Of a stretch of DNA of 64,000 nucleotides, positions 47,667-60,294 are shown piece after piece; the first letter of the stretch is position 1; every line of letters starts with the position of its first letter. The notes under the pieces are model-generated. The model worked only from the letters and a program-made list of their open reading frames with translations. It made no database searches and was not told where the DNA came from. Origin of the DNA: Guillardia theta CCMP2712 (lineage: Eukaryota > Protista > Cryptophyta). The stretch lies in assembly GCF_000315625.1 (NCBI RefSeq), contig NW_005434658.1, forward strand, positions 711,139 through 775,138, read 5' to 3'. The translations under genes and the position numbers were made by a program.

Positions 47667-50600
47667 TCATCGCATTGAGCTGGGAGTGTCGGGCCTGCTC
47701 GACATGGGGGTCGACGTGCGAGAATCTCCTTTCCTGTAGTGAATTTCCGCTGGATCAAACCCTCCGTCTCCTGTCATATCATCCCCATCAATTCCTCACC
47801 ATCCCCCGGAAGACTCCTCCCCCTCCCTCCTTCTTCTCCTCGCCCTCCTTCCCATCACTCGCCCTCCTCGCTCCCCTCCTCGCTCTCCTCCTCGCTCTCC
47901 TCCTCGTTCTCCTCCTCGCTTGCAGTTTGCTCGTTCCATTTCTCTCTTTGCTCACACAAATCTCTCCTCTCACCTGGAATCCCCCGCCCGTAGACCGCCC
48001 ACTCAGGCGTCTTGGTCATGTAGTCCTACCGAATGATGTAAGACAGGAGGATTGAAACATTGAGAAGAAGAGGAGGAAGAATAGAGGCAGGCAGGCAAGA
48101 ACGAAGCAAGGAAGCTGTGTGCCGTGGACAAGGAGGAGAAGGAAGAGAAGGAGGATGAGGGGCAAGAGGAGGAGAACGAGAAGTACCAAGGAGGTGAATG
48201 GCTGGCCACTACGAACCAACTCAAAAAACTTGGGATAGTCAATCCATGTGTACCAATCTGAACCCCTGCAGACGATTTTCAGCAAGCAGCACCCCTTGCA
48301 ACATTCGTGTTCTTATGATCGCTTCAACTCAGTGTGCGTATCGACCCTCCATGACAATCTCCTTCTCATTCCTTGCCTCACCTCTTGAACTTCTTGTTTG
48401 CCAACAGGATGGCGCAGGAGTGAGCATGCTCAGAAGCAATCTCTACAGCATCAAGAGTGAGGCCCGTCAAATCTCTTCCCTCCCTTCCTCACCATATTCG
48501 TCGTCGACCATCTTACAAATTTGCGAAGCAAAACTTACGACTTCAGCATGCCAAGGTACGTTGCTCATGCCAAGCTAAGCAAAACTGTCACAGAGGACTA
48601 GCAGGGCGGATAACAGAAGACGTAGGAGCAGGAGGAAGGAGGCAGGAGGCAGGCAAACATCAGACCTGGGGCTTCTTGCCTCCAGTGAAGGTTACACCCT
48701 TGATCTCAACAAAGTCTAGCGCAAGTCTCAGAGACGACACAAGGAGAAGCTGAGAACAGCAACCTGGCCTCCCCCTACGGATCAAGTTGGCGTATCCCTC
48801 AACCTGCCTCGCTCTGTGACATGCGCAAACTTGACAGGTCTCAATCACCTCCGACATGTTGAACGACTTCACGAGCGTCAGTCGGAAGACTGTGCGCTGG
48901 CCCTTCCGGTCGAGGATGTCAATGCACCTGATGGAACCCTTTAGCAGCTTCAAGGAAGAGGAGGAGACCAGAAGAGGGGCGGGAGAGGAGAGGGGAAGAG
49001 GAGGAGAGAAGGAAGGGGAGGAGAGTTTGATGAAACGATCCAGGTGGACGTTGGAGAGCAAGAGAGAGAGAAGGAGAAAGCCTCACTCTAGGAATCTCTC
49101 CCAGAAGTCGCTGAAGAGAGGGCGATCGACGGCTTTCAGCTCCTCGGCATTGGAGGCGTCGATAGAGACGTAGAGCTGAGTGCAGGGAACAAGGTTTTCC
49201 ATCTGGGAAGGAAACTGAGCGTTGGAGACGAGGAACGTGCTGATGCTCTGCTCGTGGAGAAGGTTGATGAACCTGAAGACATTCAGATCAGCTCAACAGA
49301 CCGGAATGAGCAGGAGGAGCGGGGGGAAGAGCGGCAGGCCGGAGCGGAGGAAAGCACGAAGGATTGAGGTCTCGGGAGCAGAGGAGGAGTCAAGAGATGG
49401 GACGGAAGAAAGAGGACACTGTCACACTTGTTGATATGTGGGTAGATGATCGGCTCCCCGACGAGAGATAGAGCGCAATGCCTGCAAGACTGGGGTCAGG
49501 AGGTGATGGGGAGAGAAAAGGAAAAGACCTGACTGTGTCCGCCTCCTCCAACCTCTCGGGAATGACGCCCGGCAGTCCTCGCATCTCCTTGATCATGGCC
49601 CTGTGCTTCGACACGAACCCGTCGACGAGGAACTGCTAAGCCGTCATGGCAGTCGCAACACAGCAGAAGAGACCTGAGGGTCGTCCGTCTCCCACCTCCA
49701 GCTCGTCCCCACGGGATTCTTGTGGTGCCGCCAGCAGAACACGCACTTGTTGGCGCACGCCAAGGAAGGTGTCGCCTCCATGCACTGGTAGCTGGCGATC
49801 CCGTAGAAAGTGTGCTTGTAACACCCTCCTCTTCCTCGCAGCATCGACTTGGTCCACCTGCACAGCTTGACCCCGCTGTGGCTGCCTACGAGCTTGTAGC
49901 CTTGCTTCGTCAAGCTCGCCTCTAGCGACGGGTTCAGCATTTTCTTCGGCTTCCCGCGGAGCGTCACCACCCCCTCCTTCTCCTCCTTCCCTCTCGACGC
50001 AATCTTCCCCAGGTCCTCCAGGTCCTCCAGGTCGGCCTTCGAGCCGCACGTCCCTCCCTCCTCACCCTGCAGCATGTCGTCGAGGTCGTCTTCCTCCTGC
50101 GCACTCGATGTCGACTCCTCGTCGCTGTCCTCCTGGATGAACTGAACGGAATTCCCCATGAGCCTTGCTCCCTGGGACACCCACAGCGAGTCCTTCCACG
50201 ACCCGAAGATGGAGGGCGAGTAGTCGTCCTCCTCCCCTCGAGCACATACCCTCTTGCCCCCCAGCGCCACAAGACGATCGTCCAAGTCCCGCGCGGCCTT
50301 GCAGAAGTTGGCGGCGTACTCACTGTTTCCAAGTCCGAAGACTGTGAACTTGACGTTGTTGAAGTCTAGCTCGAGCTTGCAGCTGTCCTGCTGCAGCCAA
50401 GAGAAGAAGCTGCTGCAGGAGGGTGGGGGGGTGCCGTCGGTCCAGGTTGACGTGATGAACACAAACACGGGGGAGCTGTCGAGGGCATGCCGAGCTTTCT
50501 CTAAGAAGTCTGGGGAAGCAAGGCTGATGATGCCTACCTTGAACCCCTTCTCGCTCGCGTCCTCGTACAGGTCCTTGGCAAAGTTCTCTGCATTCCCTGT

Positions 50601-51119
50601 CTGAGAGCCATAGCAGATAATCATCGTCCCTTCCGCAGATCGTTCGTTCCCGTGCTTGCTCTTCTCCTCCTGCGCATTCTTTTTTGGCACTCTTTGCGGC
50701 AGGAGGCCGGCTTTCTTCATCCTGATGTACTCCTTCTTGGGTAGCCCGAGATTGCGGCTACGAGCTGCGTTCTCCCCACTGCTCTGCTCCTGGCACGCGC
50801 ACGCATGGCTCTCCTCACCATTGCTGCTTTGACAGCATCCTCTCTCTTCCACACGTTCCGGTGCTTGACCTCTGTCCTCCTTGGGCTCAACCTCCTGCTG
50901 CTTCTCCTCTTCGCCCAGGAACGGCGCCATTGCCTCGGGGGTGAGCATGTCGCCGATCGCATTTAGAACGTCCTCCCTCGACGAGGAGTCTGCCTGCTTG
51001 AGAGAGCGTTCCTGCGCTGCCTTCTCCTCCTCCTCTCTCCTCCTCCTCCTCCTCTCCATCATCAGAACCATGGCTGCTGCCCCAGTGGCTAGGAGTAGGA
51101 GCTTCACTTGACTCTGCAT
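47667..51119 (-). CDS. TYW1: tRNA wybutosine-synthesizing protein 1 (flavodoxin + radical SAM)
   Basis: YGSQTGNAE..VFGLGNSEY (flavodoxin), KQGYKLVGSHSGVKLCRWTK, TPSLACANKCVFCWRH, TFLVSNAQFP, TVFRLTLVK, FVEIKGVTF, WYTWIDYPKF, TPEWAVYG..GFDP. Confidence 0.97.
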
Positions 51120-52064
51120 GGCGGTGAGGTGGGAGAACGAGACTGCAAGAGGTAAGTCAGAAAGTAACTATTACCCCTCAAATGGAAGTATAAAGTACCG
51201 GTATTGAATACACACATGGAACTATTGAAAGCAAGATGTATTTCCCCTAAATGTACTTTGTAAATTTGAAATTTATCAATTAAATATTTATCTAGTTTGC
51301 TTTTTCCATGGTTCGATTTCGGGCGCAAAGAATCGTTCTGCCGGTATGAGGGGCACGTGCTAAAACTCAATTACCTCCCCGATGTTTTGAAATACCCCTT
51401 GACGACCACCCATTCTGAGAACTACCCCACCCATCTGTTGTTAAATTTCTCTCAGATCACCCTCTAAATACCTCTAAATACTACCGGTGATCACAGTTCT
51501 TTGTTCACATACCTACCCACCTTTGGCTGTACCCCACCCAGCCGAAATAGAGTAGAGCCTCCCCGATTGACAACGGACAATGAAAGAGAGGGTAGGAAGG
51601 GCATGGCTGAAAGGGATGGTGATGGAAACAAGAGCAGAGATGTCAAGGAGAGCAGAAATATGAGAGAGAAAGGTGAAGAGAAGTGACCGGTAAGGTGGGA
51701 GTTGATTGAGACACAGTGAAACAAGTACGAATAGTTACAGAGGATTGTTGTTTCAGTCAACAAGCGGGTTCAAGGATGATTGAGAGGAGCAAGCAAGATA
51801 TTGACAGTGGCTAGTAGAATGAGAGAGGAAGGAGAGTGGGTATGACTAGGTGATTGAGAATAAGATGTTTCCAAAGAATCGAGGGAAAGAATGTTTTACT
51901 GAAGGTGAATATACCTGTGATTAGAACCCACTGAGAGAATGGTGTAGAAAGATGCTGCTCATTTCTTCTGTTCGCTTTACCCATTCGATGGCCCACTGAG
52001 TCCATATTTTTGAACTTGCAGCGTCGAGCTGAATGTGTACCATCTTGGCGGCATAGTCAGAGGG

Positions 52065-55007
52065 ATGGACCCGTACAGCTCTCGAGGCTCGACACCTCAG
52101 AAGATTCTTCTCGACGCTCTGACCATGTGCTTAACTTCTCCTTCCTCTTCCTCTCCCTGTTCCTCCTCCATCCTCTACCTTGTCCCCATTTCTCGTCTCC
52201 TCCTGACCCTCTGTACCTCTTCCATATAGCTCACAGATCTCTCACGCTCAGGTCTGGCCTGGCGACATTTTCTCCTTCAGCCAATGCATGGATGATTCCT
52301 GCACAGAAATTCGATGTGAGAGTACACCCGTCTTTCTCCTCCTCCGCCACCCGCTCGCCCTCCTCCTTCCTCCCCCAGATTCTCCTCCTCCCTCACCGTC
52401 CTCGCCTGAGGTGTGCGAGCAGCCGCTGGCAGCGCAGCGTCCTCCGGTGGACCCGCAAGTGCCGCCCATGCCTTCAGCGAGTCGTCGACTCTTCTACAAC
52501 AGACAGGGAGAAGGGTGAGTGTGAGATGTAAGAGGAGAGAGGAGAAATGACTCGTGATGATTTCTAGAAGACTTCAAGATCCGGATGACCTCATAAGCAA
52601 GATCCGAAGTGCCGTGGATGAGGTGTAGATTTGAATCTCTTCCTATTTTCCCCCTCCATCGCCATCATCTCCATCATCATCTCCATCATCATCTCCATCA
52701 TCGTCCATGTTCGCATCGTAATCATCATCGTTATCCTTTTATTTCATGCTTCATTCTTGCATGTGATTGCATGTGGTTTTCTTGAGCTGACGATTTCAAC
52801 AGCTACAAAGCAGTCAGCTCATGATCTTCGGTAGTTGATGAACTCCCTTTTGTTAGTTTTGATGACACATGTGAATGTAGAGGAACAGACAGCAAACTTG
52901 CAGAACAAGAAAAAAATTGCAAATTCAGGAGAGGATAGTCGCGACCAACAAGCAAGAAGTCAAAACAACTCGAGACATCAGACACACACTGTCGATGAGC
53001 TATTTGCAGACGATTTTCATCGAGATGAAATCAAGCCTGTACAGCCAAATGGTGCATCCTTTTCCCGTCGGCACGTAGAGCAGCCGGCAGACATTCGAGA
53101 TCGCAACAACTTTGCTTCGTTCGCTCACCGACAAGATCTGTATCGCGAGGCTGCAAGCTCAGCATCCTCTGTACACGGAGATTCTCACATGCCCTATGAC
53201 GATCGTTATCGCCAGACCTCGGTCGCTGCTTGCATGCAAGAATGTGATATGCTGCTGGTGAGTGACGCTCTAGACTTGCCCTCACTCTCTGACTTGCTCC
53301 CACCCCCCCTACTCACCTCCCTCTGTTTTGCTGTCTCAACCCTCCTCCTGCTCTCGCGCCTCCTCCTCCTCCTCCGCTCGCTCGCTCGCTCTTTCTCCCC
53401 CTCCACGCTCCCCCTCCTTTCTCCTCTTCTCCGCATTCTAACTAGGTTGTTCGTAGGAGAATCTCCGCGTTCTCAAGTACGAGAAGCTCAGGTGGAGGGA
53501 GCGGGAGGATCTCCGAGTGTCTGATGTGCGAGCAGCATCGAGAAGCTTCTGATGGATGCAGTGGGAAGAGTGCGAGCGAGTCTCCTGACGGCGGATCAAA
53601 GGTGAGGAGAGTCAGGTGGGGGCCAGGTGGGAGTGCTTTTGCGCCTCCTGTCTCCCGCTGCGGTGGATGTGTCTCCTCCTCTGGTGTCCTTGTCTTGACC
53701 TCTGCTCTCAGGAGCGTGCTCGAGCAGCAACTCCATCAGATTCCCCAGGATCGTCCAGCTGAAGTAGCGAGCGCGGCGTTGGAGTTCCTCACGAGGTGCC
53801 TGTCGCAAGAATCTATCGACAAGCATCACTACATGTGGGCAGCTCGACCCTCCTGCTCTCCTCTCGCTGACTCCTCTCCTTTCAGGTCGCAGGTCTACCA
53901 GCAGAGCAAGGTGGTGGACGAGCACGAGAGGAGGATCGAGACGCTGCAGAGCCAGCTCAACTCACTGCAGGCGCCTCCTGTGCTGGCGACTGCAAGTTGG
54001 CTGACCATGCGCGCAGGCCAAGAATTCCTCCCTCGACAAGAGGCTCCACGAGCTGACCACTCAGAACACGTCCTACCGCGTAGCTCTCCAGCTCCTGCGG
54101 TCGAGGAGGAGCTAACGATGGTGACGGGGCAGGTGGAGCAAGAAAGATTCGCGGGGGAGCGGAAGACTCTGGAGGAAGAGATCAAAAAGCTGCAGAACCT
54201 CCTCGAGGACCAGCACTCACGTGAGGGAGGAGCTGACGAGTCAAGGAGCTGACAAGCAACAGATGTCAGCGTCCTCAAAGATGAGCTCTCCAAGCAGTAC
54301 GCCAACAACATCCGCATGAAGGCCAACATGACAAAAGACAGCTCTACGCGATCAGGTCCTCCTATCCTCCTCTTCACCACGCTGCACCCCGTCCCACTGC
54401 TCTCCAACTCTCCCGCGTCCTCTCCGCCCCAATCTCCCCCTTCATTTCCCCCACCCTCCTCCCCTTTTCCCGCTCGTGCGCATTAACTAGCTCCTCGCTT
54501 GCTCCCTCCTCCTTGCCTCTTCTCCTGGTCTCTTCTCATCCTCATAGCAGAGCTGCACATCAGTGATGGCCTGCCGCGGGGCGACAAGCTCCCGTCACAC
54601 TTTCAACCGGCAGAGGACACGCACTCGCCCTCGCCTGACGCTTCTCCTCCCTCCTCGAGCGACAGCCTCACCGACGTTGACAAGCACAGGATGGGACGAG
54701 GTGCCATCGCTCCTCGTCCTGCTCGCAAGAACGTTGACCACCGTGAGGTCTGCCAGAGCTGCTGAGAAGGTGGTGGGATTGAGTTCTGCAGCAGGTTAGC
54801 TCCAAGTCCACTGGTAGCTGGGGGAGAAAGAGCGACAAGACGAGAATGCGAGGAGAGAGTCTGACCGAGTTCAAGAATGGTGAGGAAGCTGGAGGGAGGG
54901 AGGAGGGAGGGAGGGTTGTATGAGGCTGATCGATCTCTGCAGAACGGGAGGAGAAAGTCGATGCTCGATCGCTGCTCAAGCGCTTCATCGCTGACTCAGC
55001 CAAGTGA
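52065..55007 (+). CDS. Hypothetical multi-exon coiled-coil protein
   Basis: Chain of GT-AG-bounded exons with coiled-coil segments (EHERRIETLQSQLNSLQ, ERKTLEEEIKKLQNLLE). No family recognised. Confidence 0.55.
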
Positions 55008-55129
55008 CCGTGACAACTTCAACGGCGGCAAGTCAGCCTGCATGTCTCGGGGGCTACTGACTCAACATCACATGTCTAAAGTAAAATCATGATCACGATG
55101 ATGTTGTTGGTGTGCGGGCTGAGGCTCTC

Positions 55130-55265
55130 TATGAGTGATCCGGCTCCGGGGCTGGGCCCGCCGCCACCACCGCCGCCCCGGGTGGCCGGGCGATCTGGAG
55201 CGGGCCGGGCATGACTTCAGTGATGAGAGTCATCCGAGTCCGGGGGGCTCATACCGTCACTTGTA
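55130..55265. promoter_or_regulatory. Intergenic CCGG/GGCC-rich island 8
   Basis: GTGATCCGG, GGGCCCG, GGCCGGG twice, TGACTTCAGTGA, CCGTCAC. Confidence 0.45.
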
Positions 55266-55440
55266 ACTGCTGTAACTGCTTCAACGAGCGTTGAAAACAA
55301 CTCCAGAAATGGAGGCGAGGGAAACGAAACCAGGAGAGGGAAGAAGCTGAGAGGGCGAGAAAGAAGAAGAGACGAGATAGTGTGAGGTTGATCAAACAAG
55401 AAGCCAACCTTGACGCACAGAGTTGCCAACTGAGAAGAGC

Positions 55441-56806
55441 ATGCCCAAGAAAGCTGCAGCAAAGACTTCGGGGAAGGGAGGGAAAGGGAAAGGCAAGGAC
55501 GGGGACGTACAGGATGTCTCTTTTCAGATGCGCAAAGTCCGTGTGGAAGTAGCTAAGTTCTGTTCCGAGCTGAGAATCCCACCAGAGCTGGACATCGAGA
55601 AGCTCTTCAACACGAAGATTTATGATGCTCTGGTGGAGAACAGCGGGAAAATGATTTTCCAGGGAGACCGGCCGGGGAGGGCAGGAGTGCAGGCTCTGAG
55701 CTGCATATTGAGGGAGACATGCCCCGTTTACATCTCGATCCGATCCTTGTTCTTTTGGAGGACGGAAGTTGGAGATGAAGGGGTAGCCTCTATATGTGAG
55801 AACTGCCTGTAAGTAGGAAGACGTAGCTGTTGGTTCTTTGGCATTGACCTTTCCTTGGACAGGGACAAGGGGAAGAACGAGTCGCACAATTGGCCAGGGT
55901 TCGTGCACCTGGAGTTGTTCGACGTGAAGATGTCTGCGTTGGGATGCCAATCGCTGTCGCGCTCATTACGGGAGAACATTCCTCTGCGTAACTTAGTCAT
56001 CGACCACAACGCGATCGGGTGGGAACTTGTCTGCGGGGCGAGTGAGATACAGGAATGGCGTGACGATGTTCCGCAGCGATGAAGGAGCGACGCATCTCGC
56101 TGAAGGTCTCAGGGGGAACTCCGAGCTCTCCTTCTTGTCCATGGCATACTGCCACATCGGGCCTGCGGGGGGCGTTGTGGTGGGGGAGGAAATCGTCCGT
56201 TGCACCAAGATCAAGCAGCTCAAGCTGAGGGTGAGGGATCGAGGAGGACGAGAGAGGAGGGTGAATGATTGCTCCTTGCCTCCCAGGGAAACAGAATCAT
56301 GGCGAGAGGGCTAACAGCTATCTCCCTGAACCTCGGAAAGAGTGAGAGCTTGGTGCAGTTAGACCTCTCGGACAACAGGCAAGTGGAGGTCAAGGAGGGG
56401 GAAGTTGCTGAGGTCACTGCAGCATCCTGTCTGATATCCATGCTGTGAACGCCTTCTGCGAGGCCCTGAGAACCAACGTCTCTCTCGAGACCGTCGACTT
56501 TGAGGTATGTTCAACTTTGACACGAGGTGTTTGGTTGACATTTGGGCAGCACAACGTGGTTGGTGCTGAGGCTACTGCTCTCATAGCAGAGACGCTTCAA
56601 ATGTGCCCCAACATCAAAAGCTTTAAGGCTTGCGGGCAGGTCAAGAGGCTCGGGCAGGAGGAGAAGGGATGAATGGCCTTGCAGGGGGTGATGAACGAGT
56701 TGTTCAAGACGACCTTGAAAGATAGCAAGGTATTTCCTGATTGGCACGTCTGTGCTCTGAGATGTGAGATCAGGGCGGGAAGAAGGGCAAGAAGAAGAAG
56801 AAGTGA
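55441..56806 (+). CDS. RNI-like leucine-rich repeat protein with basic termini
   Basis: Repeats of about 28 aa: IRSLFFWRTEVGDEG, LRNLVIDHNAI, LSFLSMAYCHIGPAG, LVQLDLSDN, LETVDF. Ends GGKKGKKKKK*. Confidence 0.85.
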
Positions 56807-57039
56807 TTCATAGCAAGGTGTCTTGTGTAATTTACTTTGAACACAACATGTAAAGTTCTCTGTCAACGCTTTCTTGCTGCTACCGAGAGGTCTTGGCTTT
56901 ACTAGGTTGACGAGGTTTGATCCGACCGAGTTTGTCCTTATCGTTTCCTCTCAACCTGACTCAACTTCATCGCTCGCGGAGGTTCCTGTCCCTGCTCAGA
57001 GGTCACGAGGGCTGCGTTGGACCGATACGATGAGAAAGA

Positions 57040-57652
57040 TTGAAAGATGATGTCAAAGGAGCCCAGGAAAGTCCATCCAAGGAATCAGTGTGTAACTACA
57101 AGGCTGTAGGAAAGCTCCTAGCCGCAGCTGAGCAGCTTATCACCCCTTTATTCACGGCCACGCTCTCATTATCTCTGCTCTGTGACCTCAGCCCGTCACC
57201 TATTCGTCGTGATCGTTTCCCAACAGCTCGCAGAAAAGAACGAGCGAGGGTTTAAACCCTCTGACCCCCAACATGCAAGAAAATCTTTTCCAACGGACGA
57301 GATCGTGGTTAAAAGCTTGATGCATACGATGGTTGATGATGCGAACTACCTCGTAGAAACCAGGAAGAGGTTGGGGAACCACGGTCTGCTGGAAGAGCTG
57401 AAGTTTACGCTGCACAAGGGGAAGAGGCCAAAGTTGCGACCACGAAATTGCAAATCTCAAATTGTTGATTGCAGAGTCGGGCATCGATCTTCAACCTGCC
57501 ATTTCGGCTGGCGACGAAAGGTAAGAACTCGCGTCTCAGTACGATGGATGCAGGGAAAACCGAACTCTATGACCGGGATATGCACTGTTAATTCAGAGGA
57601 ACTTGGTGCAAGTATAGTCAACATATCGAGGATTGTTGCGTTGACACACTAG
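57040..57652 (+). CDS. Possible hypothetical protein or gene fragment
   Basis: Two overlapping coding-like ORFs. No clear start and no family recognised. Confidence 0.25.
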
Positions 57653-57959
57653 TTCCACGCGTCCATTACCACGTGGGTGGTACTCGAGATGACTCATGGT
57701 CGAACCTTAACGCCGGGCGTTTGAAAGCAAATGTGTCGAATGAACGTCGGCAAGGAACAAGTCTTGTGTGGTAGCATTCTTGGTAGTCGGAGCTAGCATG
57801 ACACATTGGGAAGATAAGTCGAGCATCACAAAGATAGAATCTCGTACCTTTGTGACGTGATGGGAAGTCCACTAAGTTACTGTCTGCGGGAACATCATCA
57901 CCTTCACTATGAGATCAGTGTAGATCCCATTTTTGAACTTTACCACTTCAAGCAGCAGC

Positions 57960-59380
57960 ACAACTTTACTCAAAGTTAAGTTAAAAATCAGTACGAGGAC
58001 ACTCTAGGAACGCCTTGCTCGGCCCGGCGCCGACCGTTCGGAAGTTCACGGCCCGGCCACTTCTGTACCCCCACCAACGAGGCAGCCTCACCACCCACCC
58101 CCTTGCTAGTCAAGAGATCCGACCCTTGGGGGCCGTGGTAGATTCAGTCGGGAGCTCCTTCAACCCCCACCCTTGTTTACGATGTGATCCTGACCCACTA
58201 CCCCCGGTTTGAGAATGACGGATTTGACCACCTACCGATTGCTCTGTTCACCACCCGGCCTCTTCCCTGAGAAGCGACGGAGGTACCCTCTCATACCTCC
58301 AATTGCCTCCCATGTTCTTTGACCACCCCTATTTCCCTAAATAGTGACTGTGTCCTTGTTTGGTCCCCTTTGACTGCCCGTTGAGTACCCCACCTCCTCC
58401 CACGGATCTGGTCCATGGACGCTTCCACCCCTCACCCCTAGATTACCCACTGGAAACCCCGTATTTAGATGAATTGTGACCCCCATCGTCTGGTACCCCA
58501 GGGGTACAACCTGCCGCCAGGTAAAATGGTCCTCTTGATGACCCTACCTGGAACCCAGTAGTCTGACTACACCCCTGAGAAGACTACTACCCCACCCTGG
58601 GGTTCTCCACTCTTGTCTGCAGACCAGCTCCAATACCTCGCGAGTTCTCTCAATACGCAGATGTCCCATCTTGACTGCTGTTCAACCCAACAGGTCTGTG
58701 GACCCACCCTACCCTGTATAAACCAACCCAGGTTACATTGCCCGGCAAAACCACCCCACCACTACGGTTGTTCCAGTCAATTCTTCCCTCCTTCCCTGAT
58801 TGTAACCTACCCCACCACCCCTGTTCCATGGATATCTGGGGTCCTCGAAGAAGGTGCAGCAGGGGGTATCACAATGGGACACCACCCCGCCTTCATAGCT
58901 GTCTTAAAATTACTTTTTGAAAGTTCAGCAAATGGCTAGGGTCAAGAGTATCCACTCTTTCATTAGTGCCTCTGATATTAAATCTCTCATGCATGAATGA
59001 CACAATTGAATAGAACATTTCCTCTCATCACCCTCATACGCTCCAACCCTCGAAAAACTATTTTTTGGGGACTTAATTCCCTTAGGATACCCCACCCCCC
59101 TACCCGCACCCCCACCCCCTCTCCCACCCAGTCGGAAATTACACACAATGCGGAAGGTTGTACCAACACCCTACCCTATGATCCCCCTCAGGTGGGGTCC
59201 CTCCATTACCCCCACCAACAATTTTCCTTGCTGCGAGGAGGGGAACTACCGAGTGTGCAAACCCCCACCCCCTCAATTGTACCCTACCTACCCACCTCGG
59301 AACTAAAACCTCTCCGAACCCCACCCGGTTTCCACTTCCGTCCACGAACCGAAACCCCTACTACCCCTCCTGTCTCTTGC
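57960..59380. repeat. Short GGCCCGGC island 9 followed by a 1.3-kb TACCCC-rich tract
   Basis: AAGTTAAGTT and GGCCCGGC twice at 58021-58058, then dense CTACCCC/ACCCC motifs. Confidence 0.6.
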
Positions 59381-59683
59381 CCCTCTAAGAGTTCATTGCC
59401 TGACCACCACATTGTATCTCTCCTGCTTCTTCAAGTCCTCCTGCGCTCTTCGCTCCTGTCCACGGCTATCTCGTATAGTTGACATCTCCTGCTCTCTTGC
59501 TCTCCCTCCCTTGGTTCTCTCTCTCCTCTCGCTGTACTGCGGATCTGCGTCTGTTACCGCCACTTACGGTTCGACAATACTGGCAATTACTAGCATCGCT
59601 CTCATCTACTTGAACCGTCGGTGCCCTCATCAGCTTCGATCAGATTATTCCAAATTTCTCTTGTCTCAGGAAGATTAACAGAG

Positions 59684-60229
59684 ATGGCGGGAACCTCGCT
59701 TGCTCTGGCAGGGAAACGACCAAGATGCTTCATTCGCGTGGACGAGCGACAAACAGAGTGTAGCGACCAAGGCGACCGTCAGCAGCCTAGAGATCATCCA
59801 TCCCATCCTCTCGGTGGCTTACTGTGGTCAGACTTCTTAAGCTTGCAAGAGATCAACCTCAACCTGGCTCTTGCATTTGCTCTTCCTGGAACAGCAAGTT
59901 TAATATCTCAATTGCCCATGGATGCGCTGCAGCGATTGGCCGAAACTATCAGGGAGGAGTGGCTGGCTGACAGGAGGAACGAGGGGCTGCTGACACCTCC
60001 GACAAGCCCTAGAATACAACAGGAACAACGAGTCCCTCCAAACTGCAAGGTTGAGAGGAGGCTGATGAAGCTGAAGCATCGGTCGGCTATTTGCTTCGAC
60101 CATGCAAGACCGATCGCAGACGTGCTTTCATTTCCCTTTGATGCCTCAAACATTCTGAGCTTTCAGAGAGATCGAGATTTTATCCCGAAAGGATTCTTGG
60201 AAGACCATGGTGATGAGACGGCATACTAA
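59684..60229 (+). CDS. Intronless hypothetical protein
   Basis: Open frame from ATG 59684. Contains LALAFALPGTASLISQLPMDALQRL. Confidence 0.55.
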   Translation: MAGTSLALAGKRPRCFIRVDERQTECSDQGDRQQPRDHPSHPLGGLLWSDFLSLQEINLNLALAFALPGTASLISQLPMDALQRLAETIREEWLADRRNEGLLTPPTSPRIQQEQRVPPNCKVERRLMKLKHRSAICFDHARPIADVLSFPFDASNILSFQRDRDFIPKGFLEDHGDETAY

Positions 60230-60294
60230 TCTTTGTTGAGATGTACTTGTACCTTAAATGAATAAATTTGGATAGATTTGAGGGCGATGTTGGT